Shown: positions 49,924-63,478, numbered from the whole stretch's first letter. The stretch is 63,478 nucleotides of DNA, filler included, from Gonapodya sp. JEL0774 (GCA_027604505.1; 37 parts of 37 records of this genome joined end to end with filler, not necessarily neighbours in it); one strand, 5' to 3'. Numbers and translations are program-made. Notes: a model not told the origin generated them from the sequence alone.

Positions 49924-51327
49924 GCGCGACGGAGCTCGAGGAACTCGAAAATGTCAGCGTGCCACGGCTCGACATAAATAGCGAATGCTCCGGGGCGCTT
50001 GTTGCCACCTTGGTCGACATAGCGGGCGGTGTTGTTGAAGACCCTGAGCATGGGTACGAGACCGTTGGAGTTTCCGTTGGTGCCTTTGTAGGACAGGGAC
50101 GCAATGACGAAATGAGAATGCATCATGTGTGCAATGGAAACATTCAAGATGCATAGAGATGCATCCTACTCACCAGCAATGTAAGACCCAGTCGCACGAA
50201 TGTTCTGAATGCTCAGGCCGATACCACCAGCAGTCTTGGAGATGAGTGCGCACGTCTTGAGAGTCTCAAAAATTCCTTCAATCGAGTCGTCCTTCATGCC
50301 GACCAAGAAGCAACTCGACATCTGAGGCTTTGGTGTGCCGGCATTGAACAAGGTCGGACTGGCGTGCGTGAATGCACCTTCGCTCATGAGATTGTACGAT
50401 TCGATGGCAGCATCGGCGTCGTCACCGTGAATACCGACGGCAACGCGCATGAGCAGATGTTGAGGGCGTTCAGCGGTGCGGCCGTTGAGTTTGAGGAGGT
50501 ACGAGCGTTCGAGAGTTTTAAAGCCGAAGTAGTTGCAGTTGAAGTCGCGGTCTGGATGTAAAAGGAGAATAAACAGCGTTAGACTCTGACTCAAAAGATT
50601 GTCGATTTCAGTTCCGCTCACCGTATATGATTGCGGAGTTGAGTTTCTCAGCGTTCTTTTGGACGCTTTGGTAGCACGTGTCGGAGATGAGAGGGGACCA
50701 CTTGCCAGTCTTTGGGTTGACGTAGCGGTACAGGTCCTCGATAACGGCAGAGAACTGTGTAGTGTGAGAGAGTCAAGGATCGGTTTGGTGTTAGTGCATA
50801 ATGATTTGAGCGAACCACTCAGATTCGGGATAACGAGTCCCAGGCACTCACCTGCTTCTTTGTTTCCTTTTGTAAATTCGAGACTGCGATCCGAGCAGCA
50901 AGAACAGCAAAGTCCGGGTGTTGAATGGTGAGAGAGGCGGCTGAAAGGAAAACACGGTCGGATCCGAGATTCGGTCAGCAAATGGATCGATTCGGTCGAG
51001 CAATGGATCTGCGTAGCAATCAAGAACAAAAAACGCTTGAATGAGCTCACCAGTCTCAGCAGCGAGGGTGTCGAGCTCGGCGGTGGTCACTCCAGTGTAT
51101 ACTCCAGAAATGACTCGCTGTGTGATAATGACGGGGTCGACGGAAGCATCGAGGCCGTAAGAGAGTTTGCGGACTCTGGAAGTGATTTTGTCGAAGAGGA
51201 CGTTCTCGCGGCGGCCGTCTGGGGGAGCGGAGAGACCATGAAACGGTGACATGGCGGCCGCGCACAGGGGATTCCAGTTGATTCGAATGCTGGGACGTGG
51301 AATCTCACCTCGCTTGATGACGAACAT
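49924..51327 (-). CDS. RNR1: Ribonucleotide reductase large subunit, 5' part, spliced
   Basis: ATP-cone [75 protein letters not shown] and [26 protein letters not shown]. Confidence 0.98.
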
Positions 51328-51389
51328 GGCTAGTTCTCGAAGATTGGAAGATGGAAAGTGAAAGTGGAGTTGTTGAAGGACGCACGGGC

Positions 51390-51404
51390 GGCGGGATTTA
51401 TATA
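51390..51404 (-). promoter_or_regulatory. TATA box with adjacent E2F-like GGCGGGA site upstream of RNR1
   Basis: The minus strand reads TATATAAA-TCCCGCC, about 65-77 nt upstream of the ATG at 51327. Confidence 0.4.
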
Positions 51405-53342
51405 GGGAGCGCAATGTCCACGTGGTCTTCGCAATGCATTTCGTAAACCTCGTGATTTGAGATCAGACCAAATTCAAATAGAATCTCCGACCCAAATGGC
51501 CCTGGCAAAGGATGTCGATCTATTTCATATGAANNNNNNNNNNNNNNNNNNNNNNNNNNNNNNNNNNNNNNNNNNNNTTAATTAATTAANNNNNNNNNNN
51601 NNNNNNNNNNNNNNNNNNNNNNNNNNNNNNNNNAGCCGCATTGAGGTACGAGCAGGACAGACAGTCAGACAAAGAGAGGTATATCAACTGGACGTGCAGA
51701 GATTGTGAAAACGGGAGATGCGATTTATATTGTCCGCCACTGAAGGGGCGGCGGAACGGGTTTTGAATTGTATCCAAGTACGTATATATTACGCCCGAGA
51801 CTCTTTTGGACGTGTGTTGGAGCATTTCGCTTGTCGTTGTGCCGACTTCTGCCTGACTCCCCTCCATTTCGCCGCGAACGGCTATTGCTCTAATATATGT
51901 ACTGGATACTGTACACGATCGATAAATGAAAAAGTACTAACATCGAAGTCTCATGTCAATTCTCGGGAGCGACTCTTTCTCCCATTTGCTCAATTGTTTG
52001 CAACCGACACATAGTATTAATTATTAAAGACAGATATACCAGGAGAGGATGAATCCTGTCACTAGTAATCGAAGCAACTTTGAGACAGATATGCTGTCCC
52101 GTTGACTGTACGCCCGCCGGTAGGTCCCGGTCCTCCGAGCGTGCAGCAAGTAGTTCCAAGGTAGTAGGTCCGGAGATTAACGAAGTTCCAGGCAACATGT
52201 TCCGAAAGAGAGTGGGGGACCTCACTCGGAGTTTCCAAAAGCGCAAAGTCCATGTCACTTACCTGAGGAGAATTACCAATGCCGGCGGGAGGGGCGTAGC
52301 CAAGGAGGGGATTATTGTAACCGTAATGAGCCGTAGCAGGTAAAGCGAGAGCGGTTAGTAAGTGGGGACGAGAAAGAGAGGTCCCAGCGTATTGCTGCAT
52401 TGGAATGGACACCTGATCTCATCACATTAGTTTCATGACAGGTTGGTTACACGTCGATCGCCACTGCTTTTAGAGATCCAATTATACGTTCCCATTCATT
52501 GAGTCCGATTCTGATGGAAGCCTTGGCAAGTATTTTCGCACTTCGCCGATTCTTGTTCTGGTTGATCCGGCTCCTCGGCCATCTTTTCCCTCTTGTCGCG
52601 ACAATCCTCTGTTCAAATCCATCGCAGTCTTCTAGCAGCCATTCACTGCATTAAACCGCGTGAGAGATCACAGGGCTTCTTCTGGAGCTCTAGCATGCTT
52701 CTATGACTAACGATTGCTGTCCTCCAACTGTGTGGGTTCCAGGCCCAGGTGCTCGATCGACGCAGCTCCTTCCACCCCCCACCCCGCTCTCCTCCGGAAT
52801 GACCAATCGTTCCCCTTCGGCACTCACGTTTTAAGTGCAGCTGCACAGGTACGGGGGGTCGTTCAAGGAAATCCCTGCGGAAACACAGAAAAGGAACGGG
52901 AGCGAACAGCGGAAGTGAGTTTGTCAGCCCCAACGTTCGTGACGGAGAGTACGCAAAGCGGTCAAGCATCCTACCGGGAGAGGATGGTGTTCGATGCCAC
53001 TGACGGCACTTGCACATTCTCATGCAGCTTTTTTAGTGACCTCGTTCATCGCCCCGGATGCCCTCCTTACCATTCCACTTCACGTGTCAGGACGGCCTCT
53101 CTCGTGAAATTTCCACGCTGATTTATAAGTGTGCGAGGTTGGAGAGCGGGGTGTCGAACTGGGATCAAAGATTGTGGAACTGGTGGATACGGATTACGGA
53201 ACATTGAACCCGAACCCTAGAAGGTATGTTTTGGCGTCTTGANNNNNNNNNNNNNNNNNNNNNNNNNNNNNNNNNNNNNNNNNNNNTTAATTAATTAANN
53301 NNNNNNNNNNNNNNNNNNNNNNNNNNNNNNNNNNNNNNNNNN

Positions 53343-54615
53343 TATAATCAGTAGAATCATCCCCACGAGGACCACAACGATGGCGCCGGTGATGATTTTG
53401 TTGGTCATCATTCTGGAGAAGGACATAGTGTGCCGTCCGCGGCCCCCGTGGCAGAGTGTGAGAAGTAAGGAATTGGCCACAGCGTTGAGGTGGGGGGGCC
53501 GGGAGTTTGGAGGAGCGTCAGATGGGGAGTGGTGCGCAAGAGACGCGAGCGGAGGAGGGAAGTGGATTTTGCGTTTCCGCAAAGGTGGGGTGGCGCGGGA
53601 GGAGTGGCGAAATGTGTTACGTGATCAAGAGACACAGCCGGGTCAGCGCGTAGGTGTGGAATCGCTCACTCGCTCGATTGACAGACAAGTCGACGTACCT
53701 CCTCTGCATCCCTTTGAGCACCTGCTGGCTCTGTGAGATGAAGCCATCCGCGGTGGAGAGCTGGTGGAGATTTTCATCGGAGCAGGGTGGGGGTAAGATG
53801 ACAACAAAAGTATGAACACTACCCAGGATTCCGACGGGCACACTCTTCGTCGTCCCACTGCCCCACTCACTGTATCTCTTGTCCTCACGATCTGCTCCCT
53901 CTGCTCCCTCAACACCCCCAACGTCCCCACTCCCATCGATTCCGTCTCCAGCGCGATCCTATGTGCCTCCTCCAGCCTCCTACTGGCACCTTCGAGACGA
54001 CTCGTACCGCTCAGTAACCGCGTTCGAGCGTCGGCGTCAGCGACCGAGGGGTCGTACGGGGGTGGTGGGGTTTGCGAGGCGGGGCGGGAGAGGAGGGCAG
54101 CGCGGGAAACGGAGTTCGAGAGGGTGGTGTGGAGGCGTCTCTGAGGGGGGATAGAGTACGGGTCGGGGGGTGGGGAAGCGAAACGGTGAACATGATTTTG
54201 CATTAATTTGACGAGAGGAACGACGTGTAAGGGTCTTGTCTTTCGTCTGGAGTTGAGGTCCTCAACGGCACTCCCGATCGGAGAACATCCATAGCAATGT
54301 GGCATTGAATGCTACGCCGGTGCGTTTCCTGCCCCTCTGCCTGAAATCATGTGATGGCAATCATACAACTCACAGCATCCTTCTTCATTTTATCGAGGTC
54401 GGCCTTGTAAGACTTAACTCTAGGCTGCAGTTTCACTCGCGCCGCTTGCGGGAGAGAAAGTAGTTCCATTTCCATTTGGGATACCTGGAAAGGGGTCAAA
54501 GGTTTGGTAACGTACGGCCCGAGATTGTTGGTCGAGACGGTGTACAGCAACATACTATCTCCTCTGTCTCGTCAATTTCACGGTCTGATTGGTTGAGGAG
54601 TTGTTTCCGTTCATC
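53343..54615 (-). CDS. VTI1: Vti1 Qb-SNARE, partial, spliced
   Basis: QMEMELLSLP..RVKSYKADL, DARTRLLSGTSRLEGASRRLEEAHRIALETESMG...LREQREQIVRTRDT, SQQVLKGMQRR and the TM anchor NKIITGAIVVVLVGMILLII. Confidence 0.93.
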
Positions 54616-55049
54616 TAAGTGGGTACAATCAAGTCTCTTTGTTAGCTGATCGATTGTCAGCAAGCCAGGCTCGACAGGAGTTGGAGAGGCGGTACACGAC
54701 GTTGCATCCTTGACAGAAATTCATTGCATTTCAATTTGTCCGATGTGCCTAGTCCGTTATGTTTGAGTAAATGGCTTCGATCTGCTGGACAGCTGCCTCC
54801 GGTATCGCAACCTGGCCGGCTGAACGATGCCAGCCCAGCCCCAGCTTGAAACAGCCCAGTCCTCCAGACTCCTGGCCTCCTGAGAATCACGTGTGCTTCC
54901 TGCGTCCGCCAGCCTCCGTTCCTAAGCTGCACGCACCGAGTGATTCCTTNNNNNNNNNNNNNNNNNNNNNNNNNNNNNNNNNNNNNNNNNNNNTTAATTA
55001 ATTAANNNNNNNNNNNNNNNNNNNNNNNNNNNNNNNNNNNNNNNNNNNN

Positions 55050-56400
55050 ACAAAGCTTTGCCAAGTTTTGCATGACGCGGTTTACGAAGTGCTTCGCATT
55101 GTCGGAATGCAAGCGTAAGAAGACACCGTGTCGACAAATCCAGTGTCGGAAGATGGCATCGGCCACCACTTCAGCGGACATCGATGGAATTGGGACACCT
55201 TCTAACCATCGTAATGCGTGGTCAATCATGGTGAGGACATACTGATTCTTGCGTTCAGTGGTTGGGAACGGTCCTAAGATGTCAATGGAGATCTCGTCCC
55301 CAGGATTGACATCTTCGGTGTTGAAAGCCTGTAAGTGGCCTTGTGCATGTGGTCGACTTGGTTTACGACTTTGGCACACAATGCATGCAGCTGTCCAACG
55401 GCGCACGTCACGGGATATACCAGGCCATGTAAAACGCTGTCGGATTGCATCCCACATTTTGCCAGATGCAACGTGGCCAGCTAATGGGTCTTCATGGTAC
55501 GCCCGAAGGATTTCCTCCTTGCGTTTGCGAGGAACACAAATCTGGGTGGCCTTATGCCATTGGTTATTGCGCATGATCTCTGCTTTGTGCGTAAGGAGAC
55601 CAGTTTGGGGTGCAATCTCGTGAAGAGCTGCTTGAGCGATTAATCGTACTGACACATTTGTTGGAGGTTGTGCAGCAGCAAGGTAATCGATAATCGGGGC
55701 CCAGTGTGGGTCAGAGCGTTGATCAGCAGCAAACTGGCGTTGAAAGTCTTCAGTGTCTAATCCGACTGTCAGTGCAGCAAGGAGGTTCATAGCAGGCTCA
55801 TTTTCAATAGCCATGGTAGCAAGGGTGGGGCCTAACGGAGGTGGAAGATACGATTCTGTTTCTGACGGTGCAGGTTGCTCAAAGTGGGTAAGAGCGTCTG
55901 CATTACGGTTTTTGTTGCGTGGACGATAGGACAGAGTAAAGTCAAACTCTGCCAGTCTTAGTGCCCAGCGGGTTAGGCGCCCTGGCTTTGAGGAATCCTT
56001 AAGCCATTGGAGGGACTCGTGATCGGAGATCACTTCGAATGGTGCCCCATACAGGAAAGCACGGAAAGTCTCGCATGACCATAGGATGGCCAGAGCTTCG
56101 CGTTCGCGGACGTCCCACTTTCTCTCTGCATCAGTGAGACCTCTACTGGCATATGCTACGACGTATTCTTTATTCTGGTCGTCACGTTGTGCGAGGATAC
56201 CAGCAATAGCAATGCCAGATGCGTCTGTTTGCACCAGGAAGGGCCTAGTGAAGTCAGGTCGTCTTAAGGTGGCATTAGAAGTAAGTGCGTCCTTAAGCTT
56301 CAGGAATGCGTCTTGGTGGGATTGGTCCCAACGCCAGACACTATAACGGCGGGTGAGTTGCCATAGTGGCCACGAGATTTCTGCAAAGTCAATATAGCGG
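55050..56400 (-). mobile_element. Ty3/Gypsy LTR-retrotransposon pol fragment (RT end, RNase H, integrase)
   Basis: Domains occur in RT-RH-IN order: DFAEISWPL..W..HQDAF..LK..L; TDASGIAIAGIL, YASR.L...E, E.LAI, SDH..L.W, RL.RW and N.NADAL (RNase H); H..GH..C..C zinc domain; IDILGPF and SDNAKHF (integrase Asp residues). Confidence 0.95.
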
Positions 56401-56402
56401 AT

Positions 56403-56656
56403 GTTGGAATTTAGCACTAAATTCCGGCTTCCCGGGCTTCCCCCCCTTAATAGGGTGTCGTGTACGTGTACGGCCCAAAACTGACCCCCTCTGATCTGCC
56501 CAAAAAATTTTCTGAACAAGGAAACTATATATGAAAATGTTGTTGGGGTGGTTGGCTGGTCTCCAGGAACTCTGTGGGTGTCTGGAATTTGTCCCCTGCC
56601 AGGCGCAAACTTTGTGCGAGCACCAGCCTGGCACCCACACATGATTGTAACAATCC
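56403..56656. other. Non-pol sequence abutting the Gypsy pol, with a terminal hairpin
   Basis: Similarity to pol ends near 56395-56400, immediately next to the perfect inverted repeat GGAATTTAG-CA-CTAAATTCC (56406-56425). Confidence 0.55.
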
Positions 56657-56756
56657 NNNNNNNNNNNNNNNNNNNNNNNNNNNNNNNNNNNNNNNNNNNN
56701 TTAATTAATTAANNNNNNNNNNNNNNNNNNNNNNNNNNNNNNNNNNNNNNNNNNNN

Positions 56757-58295
56757 ACACACCTTCAACCCACGGTCGCTGGAGCAGAAACCACCTCAAC
56801 TGTCATTCCGCCTCATCAAGATACACTTCGCCCTCCTTCGCGGCCCCCCTCCCCTACATCCTCTTTTACCGTCACACCAGCGGCTCTCGCCGAGCAACCC
56901 GATGAGGACTTCCGATATCCCTCAAATTACAGCGCGGACTTCCGCGCTATGTCCATGTCCCGTCAATCCATCGAACGTGTTGGTATCCTCGGTATTGTTG
57001 CGGAGGCCGACCGGATGGATGTGCCTGTCGAAGAGGACATTGTAGATGTGCCACAGTTGGAACGTGGTGCTGGGTCGCAGAGGCGGTCGCCGATTGAAAA
57101 ACTCAAAACGACTGCGAAAGTTGTTGGGAAAATGCAGGTGTCGTTGAGGAACTCTAACGCCAGGCTGAGCATGTTGGTGGACGATCCAATGTCACCCACA
57201 ACTACAACAGCTGCGGACACTTCGATGATGGTCATCGACGAGGAACCCGCCCAAGAAAATCGAGGCTCTGTGGTTGTGGAAGCAGAGTACACATTCGAGC
57301 AATGGAAAAAAATGTCGGGTTACAACTTGGCGGTGTCGGCGTCCTCTGGTCAAACCGCCGCCACAACCACAAGTTCGTCGCACGGTTTCTCCTCGAGTCC
57401 ATCACCAGGTCCACATATTGCATTCCGCGCCGCCTCTCCAACGGCAGCAAGCGGATCTACATTTGGCGGTTACGAGAGTTCCACAACCACCTCATCGGGG
57501 TATGGCTCGGCCGCAACGACATCCACAACAGGTTACGCCCCCACACATCCAAAGACAACCGGCGCAAGTGCAACCTCCACTCCATCGACTCCACCTGTTC
57601 ACATTTACAATGGCCCAACCACCGCTGCTGGGCGTACAGAACAATCAACAGCCTCTGTTTACCGATTGCCAGCTACGACGTCTCCTGCCTTTGCCAACCC
57701 TCCCGCACCAGCCATTTATGCTATCGCAAATCAGACGACGCCCAACGACCGTTACAGTTGGGGAGGTGCACCAGTCACGCCAAACACGTTCAACATGTCT
57801 GCAATTGCGGAACCCAGCACCGGTGCGGCCCAGGCAGCCGGTCCATACTCTGGGGCTGCCAATCAGCGATATTCGTGGGCTGCATCACAGCCGTTCGTTG
57901 ATCAACGAGCGGCGGAGCAGCGGCCTGCGGCGTCAAGTCAAAGACCATCATCGTACTTCCCGCCTTCCCAAATGAACGTGTCCGCTACCCCCATCTACCC
58001 GCCTTCCCAATTGAACGTCTCCGCTACCCCCATCTACCCGCCTTACCAATCTGCTTACCCTTCTCCAAAAACACCCAACTCTCCGTACCCTGGTCAAGGA
58101 AATTCGCGTCATGGAGCGTCTATATCAGAAGCCAACGGCGCGGAAATATATCGATACATGGCAAGTCCTCCTTTGGAACAATCGAGCGTTGGTGTGGCGC
58201 CTCCTCAACAGATTTCGGGCGCATCACCGTCGAATCCACCAACAAACGAGGGTTGGTATAAAGCAATGCAAAGAAAACGTGGTGGTAAACCGTGA
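56757..58295 (+). CDS. Low-complexity Ser/Thr/Pro-rich protein, C-terminal part
   Basis: Long open frame (ORF 56949-58295 and upstream) with disordered composition. Confidence 0.7.
   Translation, partial: THLQPTVAGAETTSTVIPPHQDTLRPPSRPPSPTSSFTVTPAALAEQPDEDFRYPSNYSADFRAMSMSRQSIERVGILGIVAEADRMDVPVEEDIVDVPQLERGAGSQRRSPIEKLKTTAKVVGKMQVSLRNSNARLSMLVDDPMSPTTTTAADTSMMVIDEEPAQENRGSVVVEAEYTFEQWKKMSGYNLAVSASSGQTAATTTSSSHGFSSSPSPGPHIAFRAASPTAASGSTFGGYESSTTTSSGYGSAATTSTTGYAPTHPKTTGASATSTPSTPPVHIYNGPTTAAGRTEQSTASVYRLPATTSPAFANPPAPAIYAIANQTTPNDRYSWGGAPVTPNTFNMSAIAEPSTGAAQAAGPYSGAANQRYSWAASQPFVDQRAAEQRPAASSQRPSSYFPPSQMNVSATPIYPPSQLNVSATPIYPPYQSAYPSPKTPNSPYPGQGNSRHGASISEANGAEIYRYMASPPLEQSSVGVAPPQQISGASPSNPPTNEGWYKAMQRKRGGKP
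57960..58049 (+). repeat. 39-bp coding tandem repeat, about 2.3 copies
   Basis: Encodes PPSQMNVSATPIY-PPSQLNVSATPIY-PPYQ. Confidence 0.9.
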
Positions 58296-58611
58296 ACTCG
58301 TTGTGGTACGGATAGGGACTCTTTTGCTGATGTGTTTGGTCGGAATGATATCCTATGTTCATNNNNNNNNNNNNNNNNNNNNNNNNNNNNNNNNNNNNNN
58401 NNNNNNTTAATTAATTAANNNNNNNNNNNNNNNNNNNNNNNNNNNNNNNNNNNNNNNNNNNNACCTGCCATATGACTTCGTCGTGTTGCATTGTCGTGAT
58501 AGGGTGGAAGGGAGAAAGCGAGCTGGTGGTCCGTGCGCGGCACTGGAGGTGCGCACAAAATATCAGGTGCACTGACTGTGTTGACCAAAGACACCAAACT
58601 CGACACTCCCA

Positions 58612-59805
58612 ATGGCCTCACATCAACCGCCCACATCTCGCGCACCCATTCGACCACTGTATGCACTCATTCTCTTCCTTGCTCCTCTCGCCGTTATTCT
58701 CGCAGTCACACTCAGTCCCCAATCGGCCACGGCAGAAGAAGTCAACCCTGTTGTTGTTGCGGGATCAGCACCAGTCGACCTATCCGACGCAAACTTCGAC
58801 AAAACGGTGTGGTTTTCGCCCTGTTACTTTCATGCATTTGATCTCGGACGGACACTGACAAACCTGTCTCTCCCATAATTTACACAATCCCCAGCTTTCG
58901 GAGTATCCCGCCCATCACTGGCTAGTTGAGCTCTATGCGCCATGGTGCGGCTATTGCCAGCACTTTGCTCCTCAATACATTGAGGTGGCGCGTCGTGTGC
59001 ATCAAAATCAAGAGGATTACGACAATGTGAAGGTCGCACGAATCGACATTGAGGAGAACAATGCTCTTGCCGCTCGCTTCATGGCCACGCGGTGAGTCTT
59101 ATTTGCGATGCATCCCCTGCTTTTCATGGGTACTTTCTGTTTTTGGAGCTGTCCAACCACTGATTGGACGCTCCATTACCAATCGCTCATCAGCCTGCCC
59201 TCATTCTATTACATAACCGGCTCGACGGTGAGAACTGTGGAACTCAAATCCCGATCCATAACTGCCCTGCTTCAGTACGTCGCAGAACAGCAGTGGAAGC
59301 AAACCGCACCAACCATGTGGCTCTTGGGACCTTTCGGTCCTCTGTGAGTCTGATCCCTGTGAACGGGCCGCTTCCCCTCGCATATCGAACGCTTATATCC
59401 CTCACGATGGTTCACAACACAGAGCTCGACTCCTCGGGTTCGTGTCGATTTTCACCTCGGCGATCCAAAGATTTGGCACCCGTGTGACGGACTTGGTGCC
59501 GTGAGTTGTTTTTTTCCGTCACTTGATCATGAGACGCGCCATCATAATCGTCGCGGATTAAAACTAACTTTGTGCCGCCATACTCTGCCTCACCAAGTGA
59601 AAACTACCGATTTGTCTCCCTCTTTCTCGTCTTCCTCATCCCCCTCGTTACTCTGATAACGGCCCTATTTTGGGCATCCACCTCCCTCCCTCAAAACCCA
59701 ACCGCAAGTCACAGCGAGGGCACAATCGCGAGTGAAACTGTTAAGACGGGAGATGGGAAGATCCGGACAGCAGGCGAAGGAAAAGTGCGAAAGAGAAAGG
59801 AATAG
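58612..59805 (+). CDS. TMX-like thioredoxin-related ER transmembrane protein
   Basis: Signal peptide, LSDANFDK, WLVELYAPWCGYCQHFAPQY, VKVARID, a C-terminal TM helix and a basic KRKE-stop tail resembling an ER-retrieval signal. Confidence 0.88.
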
Positions 59806-60168
59806 CATCGCGTACGCTGGACACTACAACTACTTAATAAAAAGCTGATATGATAGTTTATTCACCATAATTTTAATCAAGAACTGTGTGAGAATTGTAA
59901 TTACAGGTTTCCGAAGCAAAACCGGTCGACGGATGGCCTCATGGAGGTCACCGCCTCACCCCAGACGAACTGGTGCACATCCGCTCCCTCCACTGAGCGG
60001 AACACCCCTTCTCCTTTCTCATCTGCGCGAATCCGCCCGCGAGGCATCCCATCTCGGACAGAACACATNNNNNNNNNNNNNNNNNNNNNNNNNNNNNNNN
60101 NNNNNNNNNNNNTTAATTAATTAANNNNNNNNNNNNNNNNNNNNNNNNNNNNNNNNNNNNNNNNNNNN

Positions 60169-61773
<1,605 letters not shown>

Positions 61774-62083
61774 NNNNNNNNNNNNNNNNNNNNNNNNNNN
61801 NNNNNNNNNNNNNNNNNTTAATTAATTAANNNNNNNNNNNNNNNNNNNNNNNNNNNNNNNNNNNNNNNNNNNNGTCTTAGGAATTGTCCTGCTGGCGGTC
61901 ACAGGGGTGGGATCGGTCGCTGACCAGTCGAGAAGAATGAGGTACGTGACAAACGAGTCAATAGACACAATCCTTCTGGGAAGAACATCCTTTTGCGCGT
62001 AACGTGGGGAAACCGTCAGGAGGTTTTGAATCTATTATTTGATGCACTTTATGTACATGATCCCAATGCTGTGCCGGACGAAA

Positions 62084-63478
62084 CTATAATTGCGGAGGTT
62101 CGCGAGCCCCTTGAGTACACCTGAGAAAGAGGGATCGGGTAGCCCGGCGGAGAGATCGCAAAGCATTCTTGATGCTCTTTGATGCGCTGTTCTTGGGTGC
62201 GGATACTGGTCTTGATCTGGAGCAATGGCATGACTTTGAATAATTTGATCGATGCTCAGTGACGTCAAGTAGAAAAATAACGCACCGCCCACACGTCGCC
62301 CTCGCAATATCTGCGTGAAGTTCGGTGATTGGCTGCTTGCCGCGACGGAAAGCTGCACGTTGATTGGAGTAGCCCGTCACGAATGTTGCCTGGTCGCCGG
62401 CAAGGATCTCAACACACTCTTGCTGCTGACCATGATCGTCGTCCAGCCACCAGACACGCCTCCGACCGTTCGCTTTCTTGTGGCTGCTCGAATCCCTGAG
62501 AGGCAAGACGCTTGGCAGCGAAAAGTGAGACGACTTTGTAGGTTGCAATAGATCCCCAGCCAGAGTTTCCGCCGAGCCCTCAGCAAGATCCGTGATAATT
62601 CTTTCAGAAAGACAAGGGGTGGTATCATGTGTCGATTCGGTGGCATTTGATAAATAGGGCAGGTGATCAACCTCCTCGAGTAAATCCGACACACGTTGCA
62701 GACTTTCTGTTTCAGATTCCCTGGCGAGACGTATACATTGCTCCGAGCAAAGCAAATCATAGCCCGTGTTTGTACCTGGCTCCTTGGAAAGGTAGGTGAT
62801 GGTGTTCACGTCGAGTTCCCGCTCCATCGTTCCCGCGGCCTCCGATGAAGTTGAGAAAGACTGTTCATGGACGACAGCAGAGACCACATATATAGGTGAG
62901 AGGTTTGTATTGGTGTCGCCTACTTCAACAGTTCTTCGTGCAGGCTCCAGAGTAGGTGCGCAAGTAGGCGAGGGTGCAGCCACGCAGTTGTTCCCGAGAT
63001 CGTCTGTGCCACCATCAGTGATTTGCAGTTCAATTTCATTGCCAATGTGGATCTCAGTAGCTACACCATGCTGACTCTCGACTCCGGCCGAGTGTTCGGC
63101 GATTTCCAGAGAGTCATTTTCCTTTTTCGATACTGTTATTGTATGTTTTTCAGACCCAGAAGCTGCTGGCGCATTTGTATTTGTTTTGCTTGCGGCTGCG
63201 GTTCCGTTGGCTGATTGTTCGGGGATCGGAGAGTGTTTGGTCTTCGTGCTGGGCCTGAAAGCAGGAATAGCCAGGTTGTTGGCTTGCCAAGGGACTTGAA
63301 CAGGTGGCCGTAGAGGTATCAAGCCCAAGTCAGTGATACGTGGCTTCTGACCATAGGAGGAGCTCGATTTGAAATCAAGAGCAGTCCTCGTGGAGCTGGT
63401 ACCAGAACCAGTGGTGGAATGGGACAACCATTGAGGCGGCCGAGATTCCACTCCCGTGAGAGTCTCTGAAATTCGCTC
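62084..63478 (-). CDS. Hypothetical low-complexity protein fragment
   Basis: 455-codon S/T/E-rich ORF; no domain recognised and the 3' exon structure is uncertain. Confidence 0.5.
   Translation of the reverse strand, partial: ERISETLTGVESRPPQWLSHSTTGSGTSSTRTALDFKSSSSYGQKPRITDLGLIPLRPPVQVPWQANNLAIPAFRPSTKTKHSPIPEQSANGTAAASKTNTNAPAASGSEKHTITVSKKENDSLEIAEHSAGVESQHGVATEIHIGNEIELQITDGGTDDLGNNCVAAPSPTCAPTLEPARRTVEVGDTNTNLSPIYVVSAVVHEQSFSTSSEAAGTMERELDVNTITYLSKEPGTNTGYDLLCSEQCIRLARESETESLQRVSDLLEEVDHLPYLSNATESTHDTTPCLSERIITDLAEGSAETLAGDLLQPTKSSHFSLPSVLPLRDSSSHKKANGRRRVWWLDDDHGQQQECVEILAGDQATFVTGYSNQRAAFRRGKQPITELHADIARATCGRCVIFLLDVTEHRSNYSKSCHCSRSRPVSAPKNSASKSIKNALRSLRRATRSLFLRCTQGAREPPQL

Noticed and set aside
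56401..56642. First about 80 aa of ORF 55002..56642 as part of Pol
   Set aside because: It contains no RT motifs; it is the unrelated flanking sequence read through by chance.

Overview
This window is not contiguous DNA. It consists of 37 short contigs (about 1.60-1.63 kb each, in roughly decreasing length) joined by an artificial 100-nt linker (N44-TTAATTAATTAA-N44, stop codons in all six frames), so adjacency across linkers has no biological meaning. The content is an intron-rich fungal nuclear genome with short GT-AG introns (mostly about 55-100 nt) and microexons. The gene set suggests an early-diverging, possibly zoosporic, fungus, but this is inference. Recognisable gene fragments: PGM, a fungal-type phytochrome, a PPR protein, Bos1 and Vti1 SNAREs, Med20-like, an F-box protein, a formin FH2 domain, Ars2/SERRATE, a THEM6-like thioesterase, four MFS transporters, tRNA-Leu(CAG), PRDX5-type peroxiredoxin, a Ydc2/Cce1-like resolvase, a CmcJ/AsaB-like oxygenase, RPE, a Yvc1-like TRP channel, a GNAT, SH3 proteins, a Reeler-like secreted protein, RNR1, a TMX thioredoxin and PRP8. 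Mobile or relic DNA includes a retrotransposon gag, a Ty3/Gypsy pol cut off by a hairpin-ended foreign sequence, an intron-containing Crypton-type tyrosine recombinase pseudogene and a possible virus-derived Prim-Pol relic. All calls come from motif recognition by eye; no database search was run. No complete novel multi-gene system can be demonstrated from fragments this short.
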